A DNA stretch of 64,000 nucleotides, from IMG/VR virus record IMGVR_UViG_3300011867_000002, positions 124,001-188,000 of that record; one strand, 5' to 3'. Within the stretch, counting starts at the first letter, position 1; each line of letters opens with the position of its first letter. This DNA is from an uncultured virus (IMG/VR IMGVR_UViG_3300011867_000002). Lineage: Duplodnaviria; Heunggongvirae; Uroviricota; Caudoviricetes. The notes under the pieces were generated by a model. That model saw only the letters and a program-made list of their open reading frames with translations, was not told the origin of the DNA and did no database searches. Of the stretch, positions 31,201 through 40,350 are shown in pieces. A program made the position numbers and the translations under genes.

Positions 31201-34200
31201 CGTGGTGACATTGTTCTGACCGCAGAACAGCTTGCCTCGGGTCTCTTGGACAAGTATGGCAAGCCGTTGAAGACGGGTTACCGTGGCCTCCTCCAGCGAG
31301 GCAAGAACATGGTGACCGGCGCTCTGTCGTTTGTCAAGAACAGCATAGGCCGTACCACCAAATGGCTGGGCGAGAAAGCCAGCGGCCTGGCGAAAGGCTT
31401 TGACATGAACTTCGGCGTGTCAATGGGTCGCCAAGCACGCAACCAAGCGGTGCTGCTGCTCCAGATTCGGGACATGCTCAACGAGCGTCTCTCCGGTGAA
31501 CGCACGACGTTTGCGGAAGAAGTTGAGATCGGACCAACTGGTGGCGGCAACGCCAAGAAACTGGTTACTGGTATCAAGAACCAAGTCGGTCAACTCCGCG
31601 ATAAAGTCAACGGCAGCTGGAAAGATGCCTTGAAGGAGAAGACGGCGCAGATGAAAGAGAAATTGCGGGAGAAGAAAGAAAAGGGCAAGGAGAAAATGTC
31701 CTCGCTCTTTGAAAAGTACTTCGGCAAAAAGAAAGTGGCAGGTGATGTGGACGGTGACGGTATCCGCGAAGGCAGTTACCGCGACATCATGAACAAGCAA
31801 AAAGAGAAATTGAAAGCCCTGAAGGAAGCCGCAGCGGAGAAAGCAGCACGCTACGGTGGTGGTAAGGGTTTGGCGGCAATGGGGATGGACAAGATGAAAA
31901 GTCTGTTCGACCTGTTGAAACGCAAGAAGAAAGGTGACGACGATGATGACGATGGTGGTATTGACATCGACATCGACGCGGATGGTGGCGACGATGATGA
32001 CCGTAAGCGCCGTCGGCGCCGTGGTCGTGGCCGTGGTCGTGGCCGTGCTGGTCGTGCAGGCCGTGGTCTGTGGAATAAGACCAAAGGACTGGGTCGGGGT
32101 ATCGGTCGCGGTTTGATGGGCGCTGGCCGTATGGTGGCTGGCGTAGGGGGCGGCCTGGGGCGTGGCCTGTTGGGTACAGGGCTGCGCATGGGTGCCGGTG
32201 CATTGGCAGGCGGTTTGGGTGTCGGCGGGACCTTGTTGTCAGGCGCAGGCGCTGCTGCCGCAGGTGTCGGTAGTGCTTTGCTAACAGGTGCTGCTGCTGT
32301 GGGTAGTGGCCTGTTGGCGGTCGTATCGTCGCCAGTTGTCTTGGCTGGCTTGGCCGTCGCTGCGATTGGCGCAGCAGGCTATTACGGCTACAAGTACTAC
32401 AACCGTGTCAAACTCGATCCCTACTCGACGCTGCGGTATGCACAGTACGGTTTCCCATCCACCGATGAAAGTCACTTGCAAGCGATCTTTGACTTGGAAG
32501 GCCAACTGCAAAGTGCCGTTGTGTTTGACAAGGACAAAGCCAGCCTGGATGAAAAGAAGATTGACATCAAGAAGCTGCTCGATACGCTTGGCATTGATGC
32601 GAAGAACCGGGACCAGTTGACGAACTTTGTTGAATGGTTCGATAACCGTTTCAAGCCTGTTTTCTTAAACAGTGTCGCTGCTGTTCGCGCCGCTGATCCC
32701 TCCAAGACCTTGGGTGATGTCGGGAAGTTTACTGCCGCACAAAAGCGGAAGTACCTGAATATCGCCAAATACCCAGAAGGACCCTACCATGTTACTGCCT
32801 CGCCTTTCGCAGATAAGAGCGAACTCGTTGTCGGGAAATCACAAGTGGCAGCGGCAGCTGAAATGGCAGAGGCGGCAGTGCAGAAGGAGGAGCAAAGTGC
32901 TCCAACAACTGCAAAGACTGGAGCAGCCACGGCTGCCGGTGCTGCCGCAGCGCTATCCACAGTCACCGCGAAAGATACGGCAGGATTACCTGGCGTTAAA
33001 TTGCTTGAGCGCGTCGATGTAGACGATAGCAAGGGCAAGATCAACCAACTGGCCCAACAAGCACAGATGGTGGGTGCGGTGGCAACTGGTGCAGGTGCGA
33101 TCACTATGTCTGGTCCGGACGAGATGGCGAATGTCATCAATACGGGCCGAGTGGACGCGCTGACGGCTATTCGTTACCGCACCTACGGTTTGACGGAGAT
33201 GACGGCAGAGAAGGTGCGCTCACTGAACTTGCTGGAAGCGGAAGTCCAAAAGGGCTTGACGATCACCAAAGGCATTGGTACTTGGACCGGTTCTGCTGAA
33301 ACCATGATCCGTGCCATGGGCTCGACCTTCGGTGTGCAAGGTGTTGCCAACGACGATGCGTATGCGTGGATCAACTGGTTCAATACCCGTTTCCTGCCAA
33401 CTTATCTCGCGTACGTCACGGCCTGTGCGACTGCCACCAAGCGGACTAACTTAGCGCAAGCCAAGTTGTCGCTGACGCCGCTCCAAGCGGTGGATGTGGC
33501 GACCATGATTTACACCGCCAAAGGTAACTTCAATGGCAACTCGGTCTCCGTCTGGCAGATCGATAGTACGCCATGGCCTGGTTTTGCGTTGAACAGTGAT
33601 GTGAAGACCACGGAAGGCAACTTCCAAAGTCTGAAAGACCAAGCCAAGCGTTCGCTCATCGCGGAAGAGTCCACCAACGTCAAGCAAGGTGTGACGGGTT
33701 CCAGTACGGGTAGCGAGACGAAAGAAGAAGCGAAAGGTGGCTTTTTCGACCGACTCTTGGCAGACCGAAAGGATGCCACGGGTAAGCCATCAGGTAACAT
33801 CTTCTCCCGCATCTACAACAACGCCCGTGACATGATGAGCGGCACCCCAAGTACTGGTGGTGGCGACATGTCCGGTACGGGGCGCGAGATCGCTCACCCA
33901 GGCAAAGGAACCGGCGGCGATGTCAATAGCATCCCGTTCCCAACCGGCAATGGCTCGTACGCTGCACTCAAGCCTACCATTGATGCGGCAGCGAAGATGG
34001 TCGGTGTCGATGAGCGTTTGGCAGCGACCTTTGCAGGCATCGAGTCAGGCTTTAATTACAAAATCAAAGCCAGTACCAGTAGCGCGACAGGACTCTTCCA
34101 GTTCACCCGTGATACGTGGAACGACATGATGAAGAAGTTTGCGGCCAAGTACGGGATCGATCCCTCGACCCCGCCAACTGACCCGCGTGCAAATGCCATC

Positions 34201-35007
34201 TTGGGTATGGAGTTCCTGAAGTACAACGCTGGCGTCCTCAAAGGACTGGGGCGCAAGATCACGGACACCGATCTGTACTTGGCCCACTTCTTTGGTGCAG
34301 CAGGCGCGAAGAAATTCCTGTCCGCTAACCCGAACGACATTGCGGCTAACGTGATGCCAGAGGCTGCGCGGGCTAACCCGAATATCTTCATGCCAGGTGG
34401 CCGTGCGTTGTCGATTTCTGAAGTCTACGCGAAACTCAATGCCTTGGTCCGGAACAAGGCCAAGAAGTTTGGTCTGGAAGACGGTTCGGAGAAAATTCTG
34501 ACCGAACCAAGCGGCCCGGCAACATCTGCTTCTGCCCCCGCCGCAGGCGCACTCACCGCCACCCCGGCAGCAACACCAGCACCGGCACCCAAGCCGGTGG
34601 CGATCCCGGTGAGTGACCAAGCACCTGCTTCCGCCAAAGCAGCACCAACGATGGCTGCCGCCGCCCCGGTGGCAGCGAGTACCAAAGCAGCCGCCCCAGT
34701 GGTCGACCCGACTAGCGTGGATGGATACATTTCTCCACGTACGCGTAACTTGGCTGCACAGCAACAATTCCAACGCGATGCCGCAGCGGATGCACTCGTT
34801 ACAACCAACCAGATTCTGAACAAATCCTTGGACGTACAAAACAAACTCTTGGAAAATTCTGGCAAACTGCTCGAAGCCATCAAGGGCTTTGTAGGAAAGG
34901 CACCGGCCGCTTCTGCGGTACTGGATCAACCGGTGCAACCCGTTAAACCAGCGAAGCCTGCTCGTCCGATGACGGGTGCCCCGGTTTCGATGTCGGTCAA
35001 CGGTTAA
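28222..35007 (+). CDS. Tail-associated lytic transglycosylase / tape-measure-like protein (phiKZ gp181-like)
   Basis: 2261 aa. C-terminal SLT domain IESGFN...SSATGLFQF..TW and YLAHFFG, internal hydrophobic segment. Confidence 0.88.
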   Translation: MAKNKQLQLSGYDFDGELDLPDFDFGDGPQVADDRSPTTKLIFAGARGYAESHFSPDNVRNFVKKSLPPGYGKALDTVDHTADTMRGIYHKTAQELKPAINEIKKSSQRLIPVAEKVLPKKMAEKFKNWTQGSGSGSGEMSPEQMKEAGIQAELGQIFKAQMENDQRVQSETNARERLRDGLSFNRHKDMLSALVPMSQAMNELAQYQRNIGYNYQRKSLELQLRSYYVAAESLEEAKQHNLKTTSTLEGILKNTGLPEFVKLKNSERLKEIIRNRFINGIGDSLADKRRNFVKNMAERLGKQLAERAKNTVEGVRSGLGAYESLAELRAMQAQFGPQQSGGEQAAELAGGLLSQHHTNQIAKLINGKLQGNEKVAKGNNRLMYYLSQGPQMALDWAKGNRGIGKNDFGANSSLLWGLKDTIRSVLSPESTNVDVDKLEDTRNPDMFNRRTNRSITDIIPGYLARIYREIKILRTGDESQELVEFDFTNNRFAESSTVKKNILNKLIGKGDKDWLKRELDEMVGELDKDKKLSPEQRKALGRLMMNNNLAGGVGDSKLYSNARSGVYNSLNSEDAEKIAAIVAEYFADDKTELKHQTFGRQFANLGTRISDKRETMQDFVNLNQRHHLEALGLLSPDGNNLDMEKFRDYLLAEDDVAPTPGAQPGRKVSRQRGDPQNSQRNRVTPQRVIPSMPNVQQPGAQQGDAGQQRTEPTETINREAASEIVRAIEAANPTSSINDSNRLLAVIIEMLQQGIQTHGGGGGNGSGGGGGRWWNRSIGNLMGGAWDKGMGAGRWLKGAMVNSGRRTKNLITGSWDFARKAGDWSAKKFKEFNDVYVEGEVKPRLLAWKLKAGEYYDQASGQVIKSYKDIRGAIVDAQGNIIMTAEDARKAFEKSRVGKKMLSALGFVKDKVKDGFSLARRIIPGVYGRAFDLGTKAIKKFGEFLDQPQDIYIAGKKDPVLLAVTMKAGGYASRISSNQIFRPSQIDGPVVDERGDIVLTAEQLASGLLDKYGKPLKTGYRGLLQRGKNMVTGALSFVKNSIGRTTKWLGEKASGLAKGFDMNFGVSMGRQARNQAVLLLQIRDMLNERLSGERTTFAEEVEIGPTGGGNAKKLVTGIKNQVGQLRDKVNGSWKDALKEKTAQMKEKLREKKEKGKEKMSSLFEKYFGKKKVAGDVDGDGIREGSYRDIMNKQKEKLKALKEAAAEKAARYGGGKGLAAMGMDKMKSLFDLLKRKKKGDDDDDDGGIDIDIDADGGDDDDRKRRRRRGRGRGRGRAGRAGRGLWNKTKGLGRGIGRGLMGAGRMVAGVGGGLGRGLLGTGLRMGAGALAGGLGVGGTLLSGAGAAAAGVGSALLTGAAAVGSGLLAVVSSPVVLAGLAVAAIGAAGYYGYKYYNRVKLDPYSTLRYAQYGFPSTDESHLQAIFDLEGQLQSAVVFDKDKASLDEKKIDIKKLLDTLGIDAKNRDQLTNFVEWFDNRFKPVFLNSVAAVRAADPSKTLGDVGKFTAAQKRKYLNIAKYPEGPYHVTASPFADKSELVVGKSQVAAAAEMAEAAVQKEEQSAPTTAKTGAATAAGAAAALSTVTAKDTAGLPGVKLLERVDVDDSKGKINQLAQQAQMVGAVATGAGAITMSGPDEMANVINTGRVDALTAIRYRTYGLTEMTAEKVRSLNLLEAEVQKGLTITKGIGTWTGSAETMIRAMGSTFGVQGVANDDAYAWINWFNTRFLPTYLAYVTACATATKRTNLAQAKLSLTPLQAVDVATMIYTAKGNFNGNSVSVWQIDSTPWPGFALNSDVKTTEGNFQSLKDQAKRSLIAEESTNVKQGVTGSSTGSETKEEAKGGFFDRLLADRKDATGKPSGNIFSRIYNNARDMMSGTPSTGGGDMSGTGREIAHPGKGTGGDVNSIPFPTGNGSYAALKPTIDAAAKMVGVDERLAATFAGIESGFNYKIKASTSSATGLFQFTRDTWNDMMKKFAAKYGIDPSTPPTDPRANAILGMEFLKYNAGVLKGLGRKITDTDLYLAHFFGAAGAKKFLSANPNDIAANVMPEAARANPNIFMPGGRALSISEVYAKLNALVRNKAKKFGLEDGSEKILTEPSGPATSASAPAAGALTATPAATPAPAPKPVAIPVSDQAPASAKAAPTMAAAAPVAASTKAAAPVVDPTSVDGYISPRTRNLAAQQQFQRDAAADALVTTNQILNKSLDVQNKLLENSGKLLEAIKGFVGKAPAASAVLDQPVQPVKPAKPARPMTGAPVSMSVNG

Positions 35008-35064
35008 GGCGAGGGGGGGGGTAACTCCCCTCCCCTTTTCTTTATTCGTTTATTGGAGTCTTAC

Positions 35065-35439
35065 ATGGAACAACTCTTATTGCATTTGATCGGCGACTAT
35101 CTGACTCAAACCAACTGGATGGCCAATAACAAAACAAAATCTTGGTGGCCAGCATTTCTCCATGCGTTCATATACACGCTCCCTTTTTTCTTGCTGACGC
35201 ATTCAGCGTTGGCATTGTTTGTGATTTTCTCTACCCACTTTCTGATCGACCACTTCCGTTTGGCACGTTACGTGGTGTTCTTTAAGAACTGGATCACTGA
35301 ACCCAAGCTCAAGTGGAAAGATTGTTCGACCACGGGTTATCCGGAAGCCACGCCACCGTTTATCGCAGTCTGGCTCCTCATCATCGCGGATAACGTCATC
35401 CATATTTGTATAAACTACAGCGCACTGCGCTGGCTCTAA
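35065..35439 (+). CDS. DUF3307-like membrane protein
   Basis: HLIGDYLTQT.WMA..K, HAFIY, HFLIDH, DNVIH motifs. Hydrophobic. GGAG RBS before ATG 35065. Confidence 0.75.
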   Translation: MEQLLLHLIGDYLTQTNWMANNKTKSWWPAFLHAFIYTLPFFLLTHSALALFVIFSTHFLIDHFRLARYVVFFKNWITEPKLKWKDCSTTGYPEATPPFIAVWLLIIADNVIHICINYSALRWL

Positions 35440-35454
35440 CAAAGGAGGTTTCCC

Positions 35455-37596
35455 GTGAGTGGTGCAATGCTCAAAGACTCAGCCTGGGTCAAACAAGCGT
35501 TCTTGGTAACGGCCAAGGACATGGCCAAACTGAGTATTCAAAACCGTATCCGCAACAACATCGTCGAAGAATACCAAGACACCTCGCCGGGTGGTAACCT
35601 TTCGATCAACCCACCGCCGCAGTTTACCCGGTATGCTGATCCCAAGGCGACCTTGATGGATGCCAATGGCGATTCGCTGGAAGTCTATTCGAATTACATC
35701 GGTAGCAAAGGCATGGGGCGTTACTACGGTGAAGCGATCAACAACAATGCCCAGCGCGTTAGTATTCGCTTTGGTGTCCCCGAGTTCAACTCGATGTCAA
35801 CTTTCTTCACGGGGTTCTACAATTCCGAAGCAGGTCAGTTGGCAAGGACAGGTCGTGCCAAGAACGTGTTCTATACGCTTGGCTTGGCAGCTGGCTTTGT
35901 GGTCTCGATTATCGCTTGGCCGCTATTGGTAGCAAACGTCATCGGTAACGGTTTGCGCTTTTTCATGCAAAAGCCGTCGACCAAGTTCTACTACCTGAAG
36001 CCGACCATGCCGCTGTACTGGAATGCGGTGCAGACCATGGTCAACCAGATTGCGGTCAACGCTGGTATCGTGCCCCGTGTTTGGGGTGACGACAATACCC
36101 GTAAGCTTTTCGGTGAGAGCGTTCAGTTCGACAAAGCGTCGCTGGAACTCTTGGCCAGCAAGGCACCAGACATCTTCTCCAAAGGTGGCGGTGTCGACGT
36201 GTTTGCCATGGCCACCAAAGCTCAGCGTCTGGCCCAGCGCCGCCGGAAAGCGGTGCAGCGTATCTTCGATGTCGATAGCATGGCCGACATCCGTAAGCAA
36301 GTGCTGCAATTGCAAAACGAAAAGCTGGAAGACACCCGGCCCACCTTTGCAGGTTACATGCAGAAGTGGTTCAACTCTGCCCCTTCTCAACCGAAAGGTG
36401 GCGGTGTAGGCGGCGGTGGTGATGGCGCTTCTGACGTCAATACCGAAACGTCCAATGCCACGCCATCCTCGACCGCAGGCTGGCTGGAACTCTTGGAAAC
36501 AGAATTGAACGATGGTGGTGCGTTCGCCACCTTCAGTGTCAATTCAACTGGTGCTGTCGGTGAGTCGATCTCCAGTCAAGTGACGGAGTCAGACATCGCC
36601 AACCAAATCAACAGTACTTCGTCTGCTTCGCGTTCTACCAACTTCTCGATTGCCAACGGTAACATTGTGGGTGGTGTGGTCGGTGACGTGCTGGGGTCGG
36701 TGGCGACTGTTGTGAAAGATGCAGCCTCCGGGGTTGCTGCTGGTGTGGGTGCCTCTGGTTTGGCCGCCTTGGGTGGTGCTGCGTTTGTCGACATTCCGAA
36801 ACACTGGACGAGTTCATCGGTCGACTTGCCACAAGCAACGTACACCGTCAATCTGCGGAGTTGGTCGAACAACCCCATTTCGCGGCTGGTCAACATCTAC
36901 GTGCCGCTTTGCATGCTGCTCGCAGGTGCCTTGCCACTCTCGACGGGTCGTCACTCGTACACCAGTCCGTTTATCTGCGAGTACTATGACCAAGGTCGTT
37001 GTCAGTCGCGTCTGGCGATGATCACCAGCATGACTGTCTCGCGTGGCGAAGGTAACTTGGGCTTTGACTCCCAAGGGGTGCCGATGGGTATTGACGTCAC
37101 CTTCACGCTCACGGACTTGTCGACCATCATGCACATGCCGATTTCGCAAGGCATGACCTGGACGGGTGCCGCCGCTGGTGCCACCATTGGTGCGGCTGTC
37201 GGCGGTGTTGGCGGTGCCGTAGTGGGCGGTAGTGCGGGTTCCATTGCAGGTCCAGTCGGTACGGTAGCAGGTGGCGTCACCGGTGCAGGTGTCGGCGCAG
37301 CTGGTGGTGCCGCCGCAGGCGCTGCGGTAGGCGCTGTGGCGGATGCCGCTGGCGCGGCGATCTCGGCGTGGAAAGGGGCTTTCTCGGACGACACGGTGTT
37401 CAGTGACTACATGGCCGTTCTTGCCAGTCAGAGTTTGCCGGATCAGATTTACTCGCTCCGGAAGTTCAAACTGAACATCACCCGAAGCTTGAAGAACTTG
37501 GACAGCTTCTATAGCGCCACACACTTCGCCAGCTTCATGGGCGATGCCCCACCTGCTCGTTTGCTGTCGATGGTCTACAAAGGTATCGAACGCTAA
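35455..37596 (+). CDS. Baseplate/tail protein (phiKZ gp182-like)
   Basis: 713 aa, AAGGAGG RBS, GGNLSINPPPQFTRYAD and SYTSPF motifs, follows the gp181-like gene. Confidence 0.75.
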   Translation: MSGAMLKDSAWVKQAFLVTAKDMAKLSIQNRIRNNIVEEYQDTSPGGNLSINPPPQFTRYADPKATLMDANGDSLEVYSNYIGSKGMGRYYGEAINNNAQRVSIRFGVPEFNSMSTFFTGFYNSEAGQLARTGRAKNVFYTLGLAAGFVVSIIAWPLLVANVIGNGLRFFMQKPSTKFYYLKPTMPLYWNAVQTMVNQIAVNAGIVPRVWGDDNTRKLFGESVQFDKASLELLASKAPDIFSKGGGVDVFAMATKAQRLAQRRRKAVQRIFDVDSMADIRKQVLQLQNEKLEDTRPTFAGYMQKWFNSAPSQPKGGGVGGGGDGASDVNTETSNATPSSTAGWLELLETELNDGGAFATFSVNSTGAVGESISSQVTESDIANQINSTSSASRSTNFSIANGNIVGGVVGDVLGSVATVVKDAASGVAAGVGASGLAALGGAAFVDIPKHWTSSSVDLPQATYTVNLRSWSNNPISRLVNIYVPLCMLLAGALPLSTGRHSYTSPFICEYYDQGRCQSRLAMITSMTVSRGEGNLGFDSQGVPMGIDVTFTLTDLSTIMHMPISQGMTWTGAAAGATIGAAVGGVGGAVVGGSAGSIAGPVGTVAGGVTGAGVGAAGGAAAGAAVGAVADAAGAAISAWKGAFSDDTVFSDYMAVLASQSLPDQIYSLRKFKLNITRSLKNLDSFYSATHFASFMGDAPPARLLSMVYKGIER

Positions 37597-37649
37597 GCGG
37601 CATAAAAGGAAAAAAGAGGAGAGCGGTCGCTCTCCTCTTTTTATGCCGC
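37597..37649. terminator. Bidirectional terminator with GCGGCATAAAA/TTTTATGCCGC ends
   Basis: AAAAAGAGGAGAGCG-GT-CGCTCTCCTCTTTTT nested inside the conserved flanks. Confidence 0.85.
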
Positions 37650-37651
37650 CA

Positions 37652-39196
37652 TCACGTGATCGTGGTGGCTTCGTAAATGGCTTTCGATGCCTTGTATTCG
37701 GCACTCAACTTATCGTACTTGGCTTTGTAGATATCGTCAAGATCGCTTTCGATACGCTTCGCCGCGAACCATTTCTGGTTATAAAGCAAATTATCGCCCG
37801 CAGCGAGCGCTGCTTCTGCTTCTGCGTACACGGGACCGGCTTCATTCTTCACCCGACTATTCCATTCATCCATGACCCGGTCCATGTCTTGCAGGATGAC
37901 GTTGGGTAGACGGGCACCAGACTTCGGAGTAGTCTGTCCCGTTTGGACTGTTTTCAAGCGTTCCACTTCCGCCACGGCTCGGACGTCGACCGGTGCAGTG
38001 GTGACGTTCCCTATGGCTGCTGCTGCGGGATACAGGTTATCCATGCGGGTAAGTGGGCTCGTCGGTTCTTTCCGCGGGGCGTCGTCGCTAAACGTGAAGC
38101 CGGCACTTTTCGACACACCCAGCGGATAACCTAACGCATCGCGTGGCACATCCGTGGTCACGTCCTTGCCGCCAGAGGTGATGGTAGTGCCTTCCGCCAA
38201 AAGACGGTAGTTTTCTTCTGGACTGATGGGCGCCGTACTGGCCAGCAACCATTTGTCTTCCGGGTTAGTGCTATTCAAAGCGCCGATCGCGATGGTCTTC
38301 TTAAATTCTGGCGAAGCATCGATCAGCATGCTGTGGCTAAGACCACCTTCGATAGTGGCCTTGTCCGTCAACCAATCAGCGTTGATGGTCTGGAAGGAAT
38401 TTTGAATGTCACCAAATTCGGACTGGTACTGGCCAGGTGACTTGGGTGTATCTGGCGCTGGGTAATACTTGCAGAATTCAGACAAGGTGTTGTCCTTGAT
38501 CGACACCAGTGAATCCGTGGCCACGGTGGTGATTTCTTTGAGTACCCCGATGTCACCCTTTTGGATAACAGCTGGCAAGACACCTTTGACGATGGCATTC
38601 ATGGCAGCGGTATTGGGGATCATGTTGCTGTTCTTGAGCGTTGTCAAGACACCCGGCACGCCATTCTGGATGCCTTGGGTCACCAAGCCCTGGCCGAGCG
38701 CAATCATGCCCTTGGGGTCTTTGATCTGGATGCCTGGAACACCTGCCATCTGCGCGAGGTTATTGACACTACCGACCACACCCATGATGTTGCCGGACTT
38801 GGCCATGTCCATGACACGGTCAACCGAACCGACAGCTGAGATCGCAGCATTGATCTTGCCCATGGGTAGGGATTTTTCCAATGCCTTGGTGGCGATCGGT
38901 GTTAATGCACTGATGGCTTTCGACACCGATGGATTGGTGATACCCAAGCGATCAGTCAACCCGGTGACGCCTACTTTCAGTAGTGAAGACGCACCACCTG
39001 CCAAAGGCAAGCCACCAAGCAGAGACTTACCGCCCAACAGTGAGCCTACGCTCCCAAAGTTCACCGCAGCCCAGCTATCCGGGCGATTGTTGATAGCGGT
39101 ACTGCTTTGTTGTGAATAGACGTCTACCGTTGCCAGCTTGTCGTTTGGCCCGGAGAGAAACGTCGGTTGTGCCATTTTCATCGGCATGGTAAACAT
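37652..39196 (-). CDS. Probable virion protein
   Basis: 514-aa ORF, N-terminal FLSGPNDKLATVDVY. Confidence 0.7.
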   Translation of the reverse strand: MFTMPMKMAQPTFLSGPNDKLATVDVYSQQSSTAINNRPDSWAAVNFGSVGSLLGGKSLLGGLPLAGGASSLLKVGVTGLTDRLGITNPSVSKAISALTPIATKALEKSLPMGKINAAISAVGSVDRVMDMAKSGNIMGVVGSVNNLAQMAGVPGIQIKDPKGMIALGQGLVTQGIQNGVPGVLTTLKNSNMIPNTAAMNAIVKGVLPAVIQKGDIGVLKEITTVATDSLVSIKDNTLSEFCKYYPAPDTPKSPGQYQSEFGDIQNSFQTINADWLTDKATIEGGLSHSMLIDASPEFKKTIAIGALNSTNPEDKWLLASTAPISPEENYRLLAEGTTITSGGKDVTTDVPRDALGYPLGVSKSAGFTFSDDAPRKEPTSPLTRMDNLYPAAAAIGNVTTAPVDVRAVAEVERLKTVQTGQTTPKSGARLPNVILQDMDRVMDEWNSRVKNEAGPVYAEAEAALAAGDNLLYNQKWFAAKRIESDLDDIYKAKYDKLSAEYKASKAIYEATTIT

Positions 39197-39258
39197 CCTT
39201 TTTTAGAACAAAGAAAAAAAGAGGGCCGAAGCCCTCTCATGTGTTGTCCGCACCGCGG

Positions 39259-39837
39259 TTAGCGGGCGTGACGCGGTCGTACGTAGTTTTCCATTCCCTC
39301 TGGAAGGGATTCGTGCCACATCAGTTCGCGCACCTTGGTCAGGGCTTGTACGATGATGTCGCGGTTCGAAGGACGGATCGCGATGGCCTGGGGAGTTTCG
39401 GGATTACGGACGTAGTACATTTCGAACGGCAGCGCCGAGCACAGGAACTCTTTACGCAGCCGTTCGTTTTGGTCGATCTGGCAAAAGAGCGCCTGCTCGA
39501 CCAGTTGTTGGAAGTTGGCCAGGTAAATCTTGGTCAGGCTACGTCCGATCCGTACCGCTTGCTTACCGGAGACGTAGCGAATCGAATCCGGACGTTCGTC
39601 GGACTTGATCCATTCCCAGAAGGCTTGGAAGTTCTGGAACGGCCCGTATAGCGGATGCGTGAACGGCATGTGGTTCACCGGCGAGAGCATCCGGCCGAGC
39701 TTGCCTTCGTCGTCGTCTTTCCCTTCGTCGTAGATGTTGATGTACTTCACGCCATTGGCGGGGTCTTTACCTTCTTCATCCAGTGCGATCGGTGGCAGGA
39801 TGATGTCGGGGGCGTAGTTTGCTTTAGGGTGCGTCAT
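39259..39837 (-). CDS. NADAR/T4 gp30.3-like protein (tentative)
   Basis: YINIY...LGRMLSP..HMPFTHP.YGPF..FQAFWEWIKS...GKQAVRIGR...NERLRKEF resembles the gp30.3/NADAR pattern. Confidence 0.5.
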   Translation of the reverse strand: MTHPKANYAPDIILPPIALDEEGKDPANGVKYINIYDEGKDDDEGKLGRMLSPVNHMPFTHPLYGPFQNFQAFWEWIKSDERPDSIRYVSGKQAVRIGRSLTKIYLANFQQLVEQALFCQIDQNERLRKEFLCSALPFEMYYVRNPETPQAIAIRPSNRDIIVQALTKVRELMWHESLPEGMENYVRPRHAR

Positions 39838-39842
39838 TCTTT

Positions 39843-40313
39843 CTATTCCTTGTTTTCGTCGGTGTCGTCGTCATGTTCGTTCTCGTCAACATCTTCCTTG
39901 AGGTCTTCCAGGAGTGCTGCCAAGTTACTACGATCACCAAAATTGAGTGGCTGAGAGTGTTCTGTTACTTTCTTGGAGCGCCAAGTAATCCGGAGCACCA
40001 GATCGATCTTGATAGGTTGCAGGAACCGAATGCCTTTGGAGAAGACTTTCCAGGTCATCTCCGGTTTACCGAGTTCCTTCATCAGATTCCCGCGCATGCT
40101 GGTAATCTTCTTCCGAGGTTCCTCGCCCGCACCTTTCTTGTAGTCGGAAATCCAGTCTTTCATGAGACTGTCCCACCACATGGGGTTCATATTAATGTCG
40201 TCCAAAATCGAACGATAAAAGGCCGCGAAGAAGCCGCGGATACCACCGGGTTCTGTCTTACCCTTTCCGGGTGTGCTAAGCAGCACCTGGATTGGATTGG
40301 ATTTCTTTTTCAT
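39843..40313 (-). CDS. Hypothetical protein
   Basis: 156 aa, AAGGA RBS, RGNLMKEL..PEMTWKVF motif. Confidence 0.75.
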   Translation of the reverse strand: MKKKSNPIQVLLSTPGKGKTEPGGIRGFFAAFYRSILDDINMNPMWWDSLMKDWISDYKKGAGEEPRKKITSMRGNLMKELGKPEMTWKVFSKGIRFLQPIKIDLVLRITWRSKKVTEHSQPLNFGDRSNLAALLEDLKEDVDENEHDDDTDENKE

Positions 40314-40350
40314 TCTTGCATTCCTTTCTTTTAACCAACGGCGAAGTTGG

